From the NCBI GenBank assembly GCA_964412785.1, contig CAYPQD010000025.1:1-32000 (forward strand): a stretch of DNA of 32,000 nt, given 5' to 3'. This document shows, piece after piece, positions 24,485 through 32,000 of this stretch. The DNA comes from an uncultured Hyphomonadaceae bacterium. GTDB taxonomy: Bacteria; Pseudomonadota; Alphaproteobacteria; Caulobacterales; Hyphomonadaceae. A program made the position numbers and the translations under genes. Every line of letters begins with the position of its first letter. The first letter of the stretch is position 1. The notes under the pieces were generated by a model. It was not told the origin of the DNA, did not search any database, and worked only from the letters and a program-made list of their open reading frames with translations.

Positions 24485-24970
24485 ATGACGCAGCGTCCGC
24501 CCCCGCTCGATCCGCAGAATTTCGACGCTGACCGCCAGCACTGGATGGCGGTGCGTGTCTATTACGAGGACACCGACTTCACCGGCATGGTCTATCACGC
24601 CAACTATCTGCGCTTCTTCGAGCGCGGTCGGTCCGACCACCTTCGCGATGCCGGCGTGTCCCACACCAGCCTGCTGGAGCGCCCCGACCCGGCGGCCTTC
24701 ACCCTTGTCCGCGCCGAGCTCGACTACCGCTCCGCCGCGCGGGTCGACGACCTGCTGCACATCGCCACCCGCTATCTCGGCACGCGGCGCGCGCGCATCC
24801 TGTTCTCCCAGACCTGCTGGCGCGGCGATACCGTGATTGCGGAGGCGGCGATCACGGTTGTCCAGATCCACTCCGATGGCCGCCCGCGCCGGCCGCTGCC
24901 GGAACTCTGCTGCCGCCTTGGCCCCTTCACGTTCCGCAATGGCGACGGAGCATTAACCGAACCGGCCTAA
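24485..24970 (+). CDS. ybgC: Tol-Pal-associated acyl-CoA thioesterase YbgC
   Basis: VRVYYEDTDFTGMVYHANYLRFFERGRSDHLR is the 4HBT hot-dog signature. The gene lies directly upstream of tolQ. Confidence 0.85.
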   Translation: MTQRPPPLDPQNFDADRQHWMAVRVYYEDTDFTGMVYHANYLRFFERGRSDHLRDAGVSHTSLLERPDPAAFTLVRAELDYRSAARVDDLLHIATRYLGTRRARILFSQTCWRGDTVIAEAAITVVQIHSDGRPRRPLPELCCRLGPFTFRNGDGALTEPA

Positions 24971-25074
24971 CCGATCGCAGCCGTCACTGTCCCATTGCGC
25001 CCCGACTGCCCCGATTTCGTCAGAATTCATGGGCAGGGATCGCATTCGGGCGGCGGCCATTGCGGGCCTGTCCC

Positions 25075-25097
25075 CCGCGCCCCCGCAAGGGGCGCGG
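25075..25097 (+). other. GC-rich 9-bp stem-loop between ybgC and tolQ
   Basis: CCGCGCCCC (25075-25083) pairs with GGGGCGCGG (25089-25097) around the loop CGCAA. No clear T-run follows. Confidence 0.3.
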
Positions 25098-25153
25098 CCC
25101 CGCCGAGAGTTTGCCACACGCCCGATGACGGGCGCCCCAGAGTGAGGATCCCC

Positions 25154-25870
25154 ATGGACAACCAAGGCCTGCAAGACCCCATGGCCCATTCGGACTTCTC
25201 CTTTATCGGCCTGCTGCTGGACGCCGATATCGTCGTCAAGGCCGTCCTGCTCATCCTCATCATCGCCTCGGTCTGGTCCTGGGCGGTGATTGTCGAGAAG
25301 TGGATGACCCTCGGCTCGGCCCGGTCCAAGGCTCGCAAGTTCGAGGAGGCCTTCTGGACCGGGCGCACCGACCAGTTCGACCTGCGGCCGGGCTCAGGCG
25401 GAGAGAATGCCGGCGAGCGGGTGTTCGCCGCGATCTCGCGCGACTGGAACGAGGCGCGCCGCGGCGCACTGCCGCCAAGCCAGGCCGGCCACCTGGTGGA
25501 GCGCGCCGAACGCGCCCTCAAGGCGGCGGTCGATCGCGAGGTCGGCGCCCAGTCCGGCGGCCTTGGCGTGCTCGCCACCGTCGCGTCCGCCTCGCCCTTC
25601 ATCGGCCTGTTCGGCACCGTCTGGGGCATCATGAACGCGTTCATCAATATCGCCGAGCGCCAGGATACCAGTCTCGCCACCGTCGCCGGCCCGATCGCCG
25701 AGGCGCTGTTCGCCACGGGCCTCGGCCTGGTGGCCGCGATCCCGGCCGTCATCTTCTACAACAAGTTCACCGGCGACCTGAACCGCTTCGCCGACCAGCT
25801 CGACACCTTTTCCCAGGACATTCTCGTCCGCCTCTCCCGGCGCGCGGGCGAAACCGGCGCGGAGGCCTGA
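25154..25870 (+). CDS. tolQ: Tol-Pal system protein TolQ
   Basis: Start at ATG 25154 with GAGGA upstream. Carries the MotA/TolQ/ExbB block GLGVLATVASASPFIGLFGTVWGIMNAF...GPIAEALFATGLGLVAAIPAVIFYN. Confidence 0.9.
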   Translation: MDNQGLQDPMAHSDFSFIGLLLDADIVVKAVLLILIIASVWSWAVIVEKWMTLGSARSKARKFEEAFWTGRTDQFDLRPGSGGENAGERVFAAISRDWNEARRGALPPSQAGHLVERAERALKAAVDREVGAQSGGLGVLATVASASPFIGLFGTVWGIMNAFINIAERQDTSLATVAGPIAEALFATGLGLVAAIPAVIFYNKFTGDLNRFADQLDTFSQDILVRLSRRAGETGAEA

Positions 25871-25874
25871 CACC

Positions 25875-26315
25875 ATGGCGGTCCAGCTCGGAGGCGGCGA
25901 GGGCAAGCGCGGCCGGCGCAGTTTCGACAGCAATATCAATGTGACGCCGCTGGTCGACGTGATGCTGGTGCTGCTCATCGTGTTCATGATCACAGCGCCG
26001 CTGCTGGTGCGCGGCGAGGAGGTCTCCCTGCCGAAGACGTCGTCGGGCAACATCGCTGCGAGCCAGGACCAGCCGCTCTCGGTCACCCTTGACGCGGAGG
26101 GTCGCATCTTCATCCAGCAGACCGAAATCCCGCTGGAGGAACTGGCCACCAAGCTGGTCGCGATCACCGGCGAAGGCTATGAAGACATGGTCTATCTGCG
26201 CGGTGACGAGTCGGTGCCCCATGGTCGCGTGATGCAAGTCGTCGCAGAGGTGCGCGGCGCCGGCTATCGTCGCATTGCCTTCGTCACCGACCCGAGGGGG
26301 CGCGCGACCCGCTGA
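25875..26315 (+). CDS. tolR: Tol-Pal system protein TolR (ExbD family)
   Basis: SNINVTPLVDVMLVLLIVFMITAP is the TM segment with the conserved Asp. An ExbD-type periplasmic domain follows. Confidence 0.9.
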   Translation: MAVQLGGGEGKRGRRSFDSNINVTPLVDVMLVLLIVFMITAPLLVRGEEVSLPKTSSGNIAASQDQPLSVTLDAEGRIFIQQTEIPLEELATKLVAITGEGYEDMVYLRGDESVPHGRVMQVVAEVRGAGYRRIAFVTDPRGRATR

Positions 26316-27250
26316 TGCAGATGTGGCGCGGCATTCCGGTCTCGATCCTCCTGCATGCGATCATCGTCGCGGGCGGGACCATCGCCTGGCCTTATTTCGG
26401 CCCGCGCGAGCGGGAGATGGCGTTCGTCGCCGTGCCGATCGAACTGCTCGAATTGTCCGACGAGACCAATGTTGCCGCCAGCCTTGCCCGCGACGAGCCG
26501 GAGGAGGACGACACGCCGGAGCCGCCGCCGCTGCAGGACCTGCTGGAGCAGACCGACGTCCTGCCGGACGAGGAGGTGGTCGAGGCGGATGAGCCGACCG
26601 CCCGCGAGGAGGCGCCCGACCCGGCGCCCGCGCAGGACGAGGAAGAGGTCATCCTGCCCGAGGACGCGCCGGAAGAGGAGCCCGAACCGGCTGAGGAGGA
26701 GGCCACCGAGGAGGACCCCGCCGAGGAGACGCCGGCCGAGCCTGAGCCCGTCCGCGTCGACCCGGAGCCGGAGCCCGACCCGCTTGACAGCCTGCTCAGC
26801 GAGAGCGCCAATCTGTTCGACAAACAGCGACAGGAGCGCGCGAGTGCGCCGCCCTCGCAGCCGAGGCGCGACCTGCAGGACGAGTCCCGCCAGGTGGTTG
26901 ACCGCCGCAGCGCCGGCGATCGCACGGGCAACACCCAGTCGGTCGTCAACATGCTCTATGCCCAGCTCTACCTGTGCTGGGACGACGTCGACGACCTGCC
27001 CAACCCGGAACGGCTCAATGTGACGCTTCGCATGCAGCTGCGCCCCGACGGTTCGCTGGATGGCCAGGTGCGCCTCGTCAGCCCGTCAAGGCCGCCGATC
27101 GGCGACCGTGCGATGGGGGTCGCGATCGAACGGGCCTTGCGCGCGGTGCGTAAATGCGCCCCCTACCGACTGCCGCCTGAGGCGCTCGACGATTATGAGG
27201 CGTGGCGGACGGTGGTCCTGAATATCGGGCCTGCATTCCGCGGCCAGTAG
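26315..27250 (+). CDS. tolA: TolA-like cell-envelope integrity protein
   Basis: The ATG overlaps the tolR TGA by 1 nt. N-terminal TM segment (VSILLHAIIVAGGTIAW), a ~100-aa acidic Pro/Glu linker, and a C-terminal TolA/TonB-like domain. It occupies the tolA position between tolR and tolB. Confidence 0.75.
   Translation: MQMWRGIPVSILLHAIIVAGGTIAWPYFGPREREMAFVAVPIELLELSDETNVAASLARDEPEEDDTPEPPPLQDLLEQTDVLPDEEVVEADEPTAREEAPDPAPAQDEEEVILPEDAPEEEPEPAEEEATEEDPAEETPAEPEPVRVDPEPEPDPLDSLLSESANLFDKQRQERASAPPSQPRRDLQDESRQVVDRRSAGDRTGNTQSVVNMLYAQLYLCWDDVDDLPNPERLNVTLRMQLRPDGSLDGQVRLVSPSRPPIGDRAMGVAIERALRAVRKCAPYRLPPEALDDYEAWRTVVLNIGPAFRGQ
26489..26785 (+). repeat. Low-complexity Glu/Asp/Pro-rich linker-coding tract inside tolA
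   Basis: Amino acids ~59-157: DEPEEDDTPEPPP...EEPEPAEEEATEEDPAEETPAEPEPVRVDPEPEPDP. At DNA level these are reiterated gag/gac/ccg codons. Confidence 0.8.
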
Positions 27251-27308
27251 CATGTCAGCGGTCGCCGCCTGTCAGGGGCGGAAGGGGCCGAGGAAGGAGA
27301 AACGAGCC

Positions 27309-28670
27309 ATGTGGAAACAGATCGGGGCTGCAATCGCCCTTGCCCTCGCTGCGGCCGGGCTGGCCGGGGCGCCGGCCCGCGCTGAGATTGTCGTCAATAT
27401 CGGCGATGGCACCGCCAAGCCGCTGCCGATCGCGGTGCCAACTTTCGCCGCCGCGACCCCCGAGGCGCGCGACCTCGCCGAACAGATCACCGCCGTCGTT
27501 CGGGCCGACCTGGTTTCGACCGGCCTGTTCGATCTCAAGGACGGGGCCGCCTTCATCCAGAAGGACCTGTCCATCTCCGTCCAGCCGCGCTTTGCCGACT
27601 GGAAGATCATCAAGACCGACGCCCTTGTCGTCGGCGCCCTCGACGAACTTCCCGACGGGCGTGTCGCGGTCTCCTTCCGCCTCTGGGACATCTATGGCGA
27701 GGAGGTGCTGCGCCTCGATGGCCAGGCCGGCAAGCGCTACACCACCACCCCGGAAAACTGGCGGCGCATCGCCCACAAGGTCGCCGATTCCATCTACACC
27801 CGGCTGACCGGCGAGAGCGGCTATTTCGACACCCGCATCGTCTATATCGCCGAGAGCGGCCCGGTGACCCAGCGGGTCAAGAAGCTCGCCATCATGGATG
27901 CCGACGGTGCCAACCAACAGGATCTCACCACCGGCCGCCACCTCACCCTGACGCCGCGCTTTTCCACGTCCGAGCAGGAAATCACCTACATGTCCTTCGA
28001 GGGCGGCCGCCCTCGGGTCTACCTGTTCAACATCGAAACCGGCCGCCAGGAAGCCCTTGGCAACTTCCCCGGCATGACCTTCGCGCCGCGCTTCTCGCCC
28101 GATGGCCGCCAGGTGCTGCTGAGCCAGGCCGAGGATGGCAACACCGACCTCTACATCATGGACCTGCGGACCCGTCAGGAACGCCGCCTCACAGACCACC
28201 CGGCGATCGACACCTCCCCCTCCATGTCGCCCGATGGCAGCCAGATCGTCTTCACCTCAGATCGCGGCGGCTCGCCGCAGCTCTACATCATGAACACCGA
28301 TGGCAGCGCGCTTACCTGCCCGTCGGGCGGGCGCGACACCGCCTGCCGGATCACGTTCGGCCAGGGCCGCTATTCCACCCCCGTCTGGAGCCCGCGCGGC
28401 GACCTTATCGCCTTCACCAAGCAGGCCAGCCGGCGTTTCTACGTCGGCGTCATCCGCACCGACGGCAATGGTGAGCGGCTGCTGACGGAAAGCTATCTCG
28501 ACGAAGGCCCGACCTGGTCGCCCAATGGCCGCGTCATTGCCTTCTTCCGCGAGAGCCGTCCCGGTGCCGGACCGCGGCTCTATTCGATCGACCTGACGGG
28601 CAGGAACCTCCGCCAGGTCCCGACCCCGACCGACGCCTCGGACCCCGCCTGGTCGCCGCTGCTCGACTGA
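27309..28670 (+). CDS. tolB: Tol-Pal system beta-propeller protein TolB
   Basis: Start at ATG 27309 with AAGGAG upstream. Signal peptide ...LAGAPARA. Repeated propeller blades: PRFSPDGRQVLL, PSMSPDGSQIVFTSDRGG, PVWSPRGDLIAF, PTWSPNGRVIAF, PAWSP. Confidence 0.95.
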   Translation: MWKQIGAAIALALAAAGLAGAPARAEIVVNIGDGTAKPLPIAVPTFAAATPEARDLAEQITAVVRADLVSTGLFDLKDGAAFIQKDLSISVQPRFADWKIIKTDALVVGALDELPDGRVAVSFRLWDIYGEEVLRLDGQAGKRYTTTPENWRRIAHKVADSIYTRLTGESGYFDTRIVYIAESGPVTQRVKKLAIMDADGANQQDLTTGRHLTLTPRFSTSEQEITYMSFEGGRPRVYLFNIETGRQEALGNFPGMTFAPRFSPDGRQVLLSQAEDGNTDLYIMDLRTRQERRLTDHPAIDTSPSMSPDGSQIVFTSDRGGSPQLYIMNTDGSALTCPSGGRDTACRITFGQGRYSTPVWSPRGDLIAFTKQASRRFYVGVIRTDGNGERLLTESYLDEGPTWSPNGRVIAFFRESRPGAGPRLYSIDLTGRNLRQVPTPTDASDPAWSPLLD

Positions 28671-28684
28671 GCCGCGGCGCCCTT

Positions 28685-28706
28685 GCGCGCCCGGGCGTGT
28701 TTTTTT
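28685..28706 (+). terminator. Candidate intrinsic terminator after tolB
   Basis: GCGCGC-CCGG-GCGTGT forms a 6-bp stem including two G-U pairs. It is followed immediately by seven T's (28700-28706) and starts 15 nt after the tolB stop. Confidence 0.5.
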
Positions 28707-28840
28707 GCGGCAACATGCGGGAAAATCCCGGAACCGGCGTGAGAATCCTGCAAGACTCAGCCACCGCAATGTCATGAAGTTGACAACTCATGTCGCTAAG
28801 GCGTGATAGAGTCTGCAAGAAGCCTCCAGGAGCCTCGCCA

Positions 28841-29395
28841 ATGAACAAGATCATCACAACCGGTGCCGCAGCCGCCCTCATGCTCGGCCTGGGTGCCTGT
28901 GCCTCCCGGCCCGTTCAGGTGGAACCGGCTGAAGCCCCGGCACCGGCGGCCCCCGCGCCAACCCCGGCCCCCGTGCAGGCGACCACCGCCGAGCCGGTGC
29001 GCGAAACCTATCAGGGCCCTGCGCCCGGCACGATCCAGGACTTCCGCGTCAATGTCGGCGAACGGGTCTATTTCGACCTTGACAGCTCCCGCCTCGATGA
29101 GGACGACCGGGAAATCCTCAAGCGCCAGGCCGCCTGGCTGCAGTCCTACCCGAATGTGCGCATCCTGATCGCCGGAAATTGCGATGAACGCGGTACCCGC
29201 GAGTACAACCTCGCCCTCGGCGAGCGCCGCGCCAACACGGTCAAGGACTACATGGTCAGCCTCGGCGTCGACCCCTCCCGTCTGGAGACCGTCTCCTACG
29301 GCAAGGAACGCCCGATCGCGCCGGGCAGCGATGACGCCGCCTGGGCCCTCAACCGCAATGGCCACACCCAGATCATCTCCGGCGCCGTCGGCTGA
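28841..29395 (+). CDS. pal: Peptidoglycan-associated lipoprotein Pal
   Basis: Start at ATG 28841. Lipobox LGLGAC. OmpA-like domain: ILIAGNCDERGTREYNLALGERRANTVKDYMVSLGV...VSYGKERP. Confidence 0.9.
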   Translation: MNKIITTGAAAALMLGLGACASRPVQVEPAEAPAPAAPAPTPAPVQATTAEPVRETYQGPAPGTIQDFRVNVGERVYFDLDSSRLDEDDREILKRQAAWLQSYPNVRILIAGNCDERGTREYNLALGERRANTVKDYMVSLGVDPSRLETVSYGKERPIAPGSDDAAWALNRNGHTQIISGAVG

Positions 29396-29436
29396 TCGCC
29401 GGACGCTCGCCTCGGCGATCCCTGATCTTTCAGTTC

Positions 29437-29478
29437 ACGGCCGGGCTGCCATATTTTGGCCCCGGCCGTTTGCTTGTT
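29437..29478 (+). terminator. Intrinsic terminator after pal
   Basis: ACGGCCGGG (29437-29445) pairs perfectly with CCCGGCCGT (29461-29469). An inner GCC/GGC extension is possible. The T-rich tail TTGCTTGTT follows. Confidence 0.6.
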
Positions 29479-29487
29479 GATCGGGTC

Positions 29488-30507
29488 ATGTTTTCAAACT
29501 TTTCCTGTGCCCGCCCCGCCCGGTCCCTGACCTTGGCATCGCTCCTCCTCCTCGCCGCCGCCTGGCTGCCGGCCAGTGCCCAGCGAGGCGCGCCGATCAC
29601 CCAGGGCGCCACCAGTTCCGACATCGCCGCCACCACAAGGGCGCTGCTGGAACAGAATGCCGACCTGCAGCTTGAGGTGCAGGTCCTGCGCGAGGAGAAC
29701 GCCCGCCTGCTCGGCGAGGTGGAGACCCTGCAATTCCTGATCGGTCAGACGCGCGACGAGGTGAACCGGATGCAGGGCGATGATGCCGAGATCGGCCGCC
29801 AGCTTTCGGAGATCCAGCAGAGGCTGAAAGCGCAGGATGCAAAAATTGCCTCGCTGGAGCGCCAGACCCGCACGCCTGTAGCCGCAAGTGGCGGCAGCGT
29901 GCGGTATTCCGATGGCTCCATCGCGCCGCGCTCGGGCAGTGAAGGGCTCGGCGACACGGGCAATGCCGTCTCCGGCGGGTCGGCGCCCGGCAATGAGCCC
30001 GCCGGCGTCCCGGGCGAAACCCGCATCACCCGCACACCTCGCCCCAATGCCCCGGACACCAGCGGCAATCCGCCGCAGACCGGCAGCCTCGGCACCATCC
30101 CTGCCTCGGCCTTGCCGGGCGAGGCGGGTCCCCTGTTCGAGGATGCCAAGACACGGCTGCTGCAGTTCGATTATGCCGGGGCGGAGCGGAGTTTCCGCGC
30201 CTTCCTTGAGACGTTCGGCGATGACCCGCAGGCTGCCGAGGCCCGGTACTGGCTCGGCGAGGTGCTCTACCAGCAGGGCGCCTATGCCGATTCCGGCGCG
30301 GCATATACCGAGATGATCCGTACCTATCCAGACGACCCGCGCGCGCCCGAAGCCCTGGTCAAACTGTCCCGATCGCTGCGGCTCGTCGGCGAGACGGACA
30401 AGGCCTGCGCTGTCCTCGATACCCTGCCCAAGCGCTACCCCAACGCCTCTGGCGTCACCCGCAATCTCGCGGCGGTGGAACGCACCCGCTCGGGCTGCGA
30501 TGGCTGA
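29488..30507 (+). CDS. cpoB: Tol-Pal system protein CpoB/YbgF
   Basis: Start at ATG 29488. Signal peptide ...WLPASAQ. N-terminal coiled coil (LQLEVQVLREENARLLGEVETLQFLI). Gly/Ser/Pro linker. C-terminal TPR region (AEARYWLGEVLYQQGAYADSGAAYTEMIRTYPDDPRAPEALVKL). Confidence 0.85.
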   Translation: MFSNFSCARPARSLTLASLLLLAAAWLPASAQRGAPITQGATSSDIAATTRALLEQNADLQLEVQVLREENARLLGEVETLQFLIGQTRDEVNRMQGDDAEIGRQLSEIQQRLKAQDAKIASLERQTRTPVAASGGSVRYSDGSIAPRSGSEGLGDTGNAVSGGSAPGNEPAGVPGETRITRTPRPNAPDTSGNPPQTGSLGTIPASALPGEAGPLFEDAKTRLLQFDYAGAERSFRAFLETFGDDPQAAEARYWLGEVLYQQGAYADSGAAYTEMIRTYPDDPRAPEALVKLSRSLRLVGETDKACAVLDTLPKRYPNASGVTRNLAAVERTRSGCDG

Positions 30508-30580
30508 GCGCGGCGCGCCAGCGCTGCAGGTCGCACCGGTCACGGCCCTTGCGGACTGACGCCGATTCCGGGGAGCGCCA

Positions 30581-31780
30581 ATGCCGCTTCAGACAATCTT
30601 TCCGCTGCTGATGGCCGAGGCCCGGGGTCCGCTCGGCGTTGCGGTGTCGGGCGGCAGCGACAGCCTCGCCCTGATGATGTTCGCTGCCGAGGCGGCCCGC
30701 GCCGCCGGCCGTGACCTGCTCGTGCTGACCGTCGACCATGGCCTGCGCGCGGAGTCCGCCGCCGAGGTCGCGCGCGTGGCCGCCCGCGCCACGGCGCTGG
30801 GCCTCAGGCACCGCACGCTCGTTTGGCAGCGTCCGCGGCCGAACCAGGCGGCCGCCCGGCGCGCCCGCCATGCCCTTCTCGCCGCCGCCCTGCGCGCAGC
30901 GGGTGGAGATACCCTGCTGCTCGGCCATACCCTCGATGACCAGCGCGAAACCCTGCTGATGCGGGCGCGCTCCGGGTCCGGCTGGTTCGGGATGGCCGCC
31001 ATGGACAGCGCCGTGCCCTCGCCGGCCTGGCCGGAGGGACGGCGCATCGTCCTCGCCCGCCCCCTGCTCACGACACCGCGGGCCGCCCTGCGGCAGGCGC
31101 TTGCCGATCGCCGCCTGCCCTGGATCGAGGACCCCGCCAATGCCGACCCGCGCTATGAGCGCGTGCGCATGCGCGCGCTGCTGGCCGGCAGCAGCGGGCT
31201 GGTGACGCGGATCGACCGGGTGCGTGGCTCGCTCGGCCTGTTGCGGGCGGCCGAGCGCCGGCGCCTTGCCGAGCTGGTGGCAGGGCGGGTGCGGGCGCGC
31301 CGCGACGGCTCGCTCGCTGCCGACCTCGACGGACTGCCAGCCGAAACCGGCCACCGGCTCCTGTCCATGCTGCTCGCCGTGGCGGCGGGCCATGATCGCC
31401 AACCCGATGCGGAGCGCGTGCGCCGCCTCCTGCATGAGATCGCCGCCGGCGGCCCTCACAAGGCGCGCACCCTTGCGGGTGCCTGGACCCTGCGAGAGGC
31501 CGGCAGCCTGCTGATCGCCCGTGACCCTGGCGCGGTGCCCACCGGAATGGCGGGCCGTGTCTTTGACGGCCGCTTCGCCCGCGACCAGTCCGCCCCGCCG
31601 CTCGTGCCCACCCAGGCCCACCGGATGGCCCGCCGCGCCCTGCCACCCGATGGTGATCGCTGGCGCCCGCTGGCGGCAGAGCGCCTGCAGGCGTTTCGTC
31701 GCGCCGAAGCCCTCTCGCGCCGCCTCGATGCAGCGATTTCATCCCTCTACCGGGCCGAATCGCCGCGGTTGGCGGACTGA
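30581..31780 (+). CDS. tilS: tRNA(Ile)-lysidine synthase TilS
   Basis: PP-loop GVAVSGGSDSLALM, then LLVLTVDHGLRAES and LLLGHTLDDQRETLLMR. It sits in the tilS position between cpoB and ftsH, as is typical of alphaproteobacteria. Confidence 0.85.
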   Translation: MPLQTIFPLLMAEARGPLGVAVSGGSDSLALMMFAAEAARAAGRDLLVLTVDHGLRAESAAEVARVAARATALGLRHRTLVWQRPRPNQAAARRARHALLAAALRAAGGDTLLLGHTLDDQRETLLMRARSGSGWFGMAAMDSAVPSPAWPEGRRIVLARPLLTTPRAALRQALADRRLPWIEDPANADPRYERVRMRALLAGSSGLVTRIDRVRGSLGLLRAAERRRLAELVAGRVRARRDGSLAADLDGLPAETGHRLLSMLLAVAAGHDRQPDAERVRRLLHEIAAGGPHKARTLAGAWTLREAGSLLIARDPGAVPTGMAGRVFDGRFARDQSAPPLVPTQAHRMARRALPPDGDRWRPLAAERLQAFRRAEALSRRLDAAISSLYRAESPRLAD

Positions 31781-31852
31781 GGCGCAGCCGGGAGTCGCAA
31801 TCTCGACACGTCAGACATACTTTGAAGCAACACACACGGATCGGAAGGCACC

Positions 31853-32000
31853 ATGAATCTCAGGAATATGGCAGTCTGGGGACTGATTGCGGCGATGGTC
31901 ATCGCGATGGCCGTGGCCATGCAGGGCACCGCGGTTCCGCGCGGCGCCCAGGAATTCACCTATTCCGAAGTGCTGCGCGAGGCGCAGGCCGGAAACGTTT
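31853..32000 (+). CDS. ftsH: ATP-dependent zinc metalloprotease FtsH, N-terminal fragment (continues past window)
   Basis: ATG 31853 gives MNLRNMAVWGLIAAMVIAMAVAMQG...EFTYSEVLREAQAGNV. This is the FtsH N-terminal TM segment followed by the conserved YS-F/V-L start of the periplasmic domain. The synteny tilS-ftsH supports the call. Confidence 0.8.
   Translation, partial: MNLRNMAVWGLIAAMVIAMAVAMQGTAVPRGAQEFTYSEVLREAQAGNV

Noticed and set aside
27255-28199. 314-aa minus-strand ORF antisense to tolB; likewise 29494..30543 (cpoB) and 30455..31621 (tilS)
   Set aside because: They are antisense to genes with unambiguous family signatures and conserved tol-pal-tilS-ftsH synteny.
1-32000. Looked for CRISPR arrays, IS/transposase or integrase genes, prophage or defence-system genes, toxin-antitoxin pairs, and long direct or inverted repeats
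   Set aside because: I found none. All well-supported genes are housekeeping, envelope or motility functions in conserved alphaproteobacterial synteny. The only repetitive DNA is the low-complexity acidic linker inside tolA.

Overview
Very GC-rich chromosomal segment. Gene content and synteny look alphaproteobacterial, of the Caulobacter/Hyphomonadaceae type. I found no mobile elements, CRISPR, tRNA/rRNA genes or obvious horizontally acquired island. All family calls come from reading motifs in the translations; no searches were run.

I support about 36 protein genes:
- 1-4.0 kb: cysQ 3' end, then a surface-polysaccharide module. It has an SGNH/DltD-like protein translationally coupled to an MBOAT O-acyltransferase, plus a short ManC.
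- 4.1-12.6 kb: a Na+/H+ antiporter, two hypotheticals, an orphan motA, a secreted Cys protein, an MFS transporter, a lytic transglycosylase, rpmJ (missed by the ORF track) and a HAD hydrolase.
- 12.6-15.1 kb: a Caulobacter-like class II flagellar operon next to sciP.
- 15.3-18.6 kb: mnmA, then cheR-like, cheY-like and chpT.
- 18.6-30.5 kb: an envelope block with ydbH-ynbE-ydbL plus one extra small membrane gene, an M23 peptidase, and ybgC-tolQRAB-pal-cpoB.
- 30.6-32.0 kb: tilS and the ftsH 5' end.

The most unusual observation is in the flagellar operon. The slot normally held by the ~530-560 aa MS-ring gene fliF holds only a 186-aa ORF. That ORF has two transmembrane segments and what looks like a single ring-building motif. 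Its C-terminus resembles the FliG-binding tail of FliF, and it is ATGA-coupled to fliG.

Many long ORFs in the track are antisense or shadow frames typical of high-GC DNA, and I rejected them.
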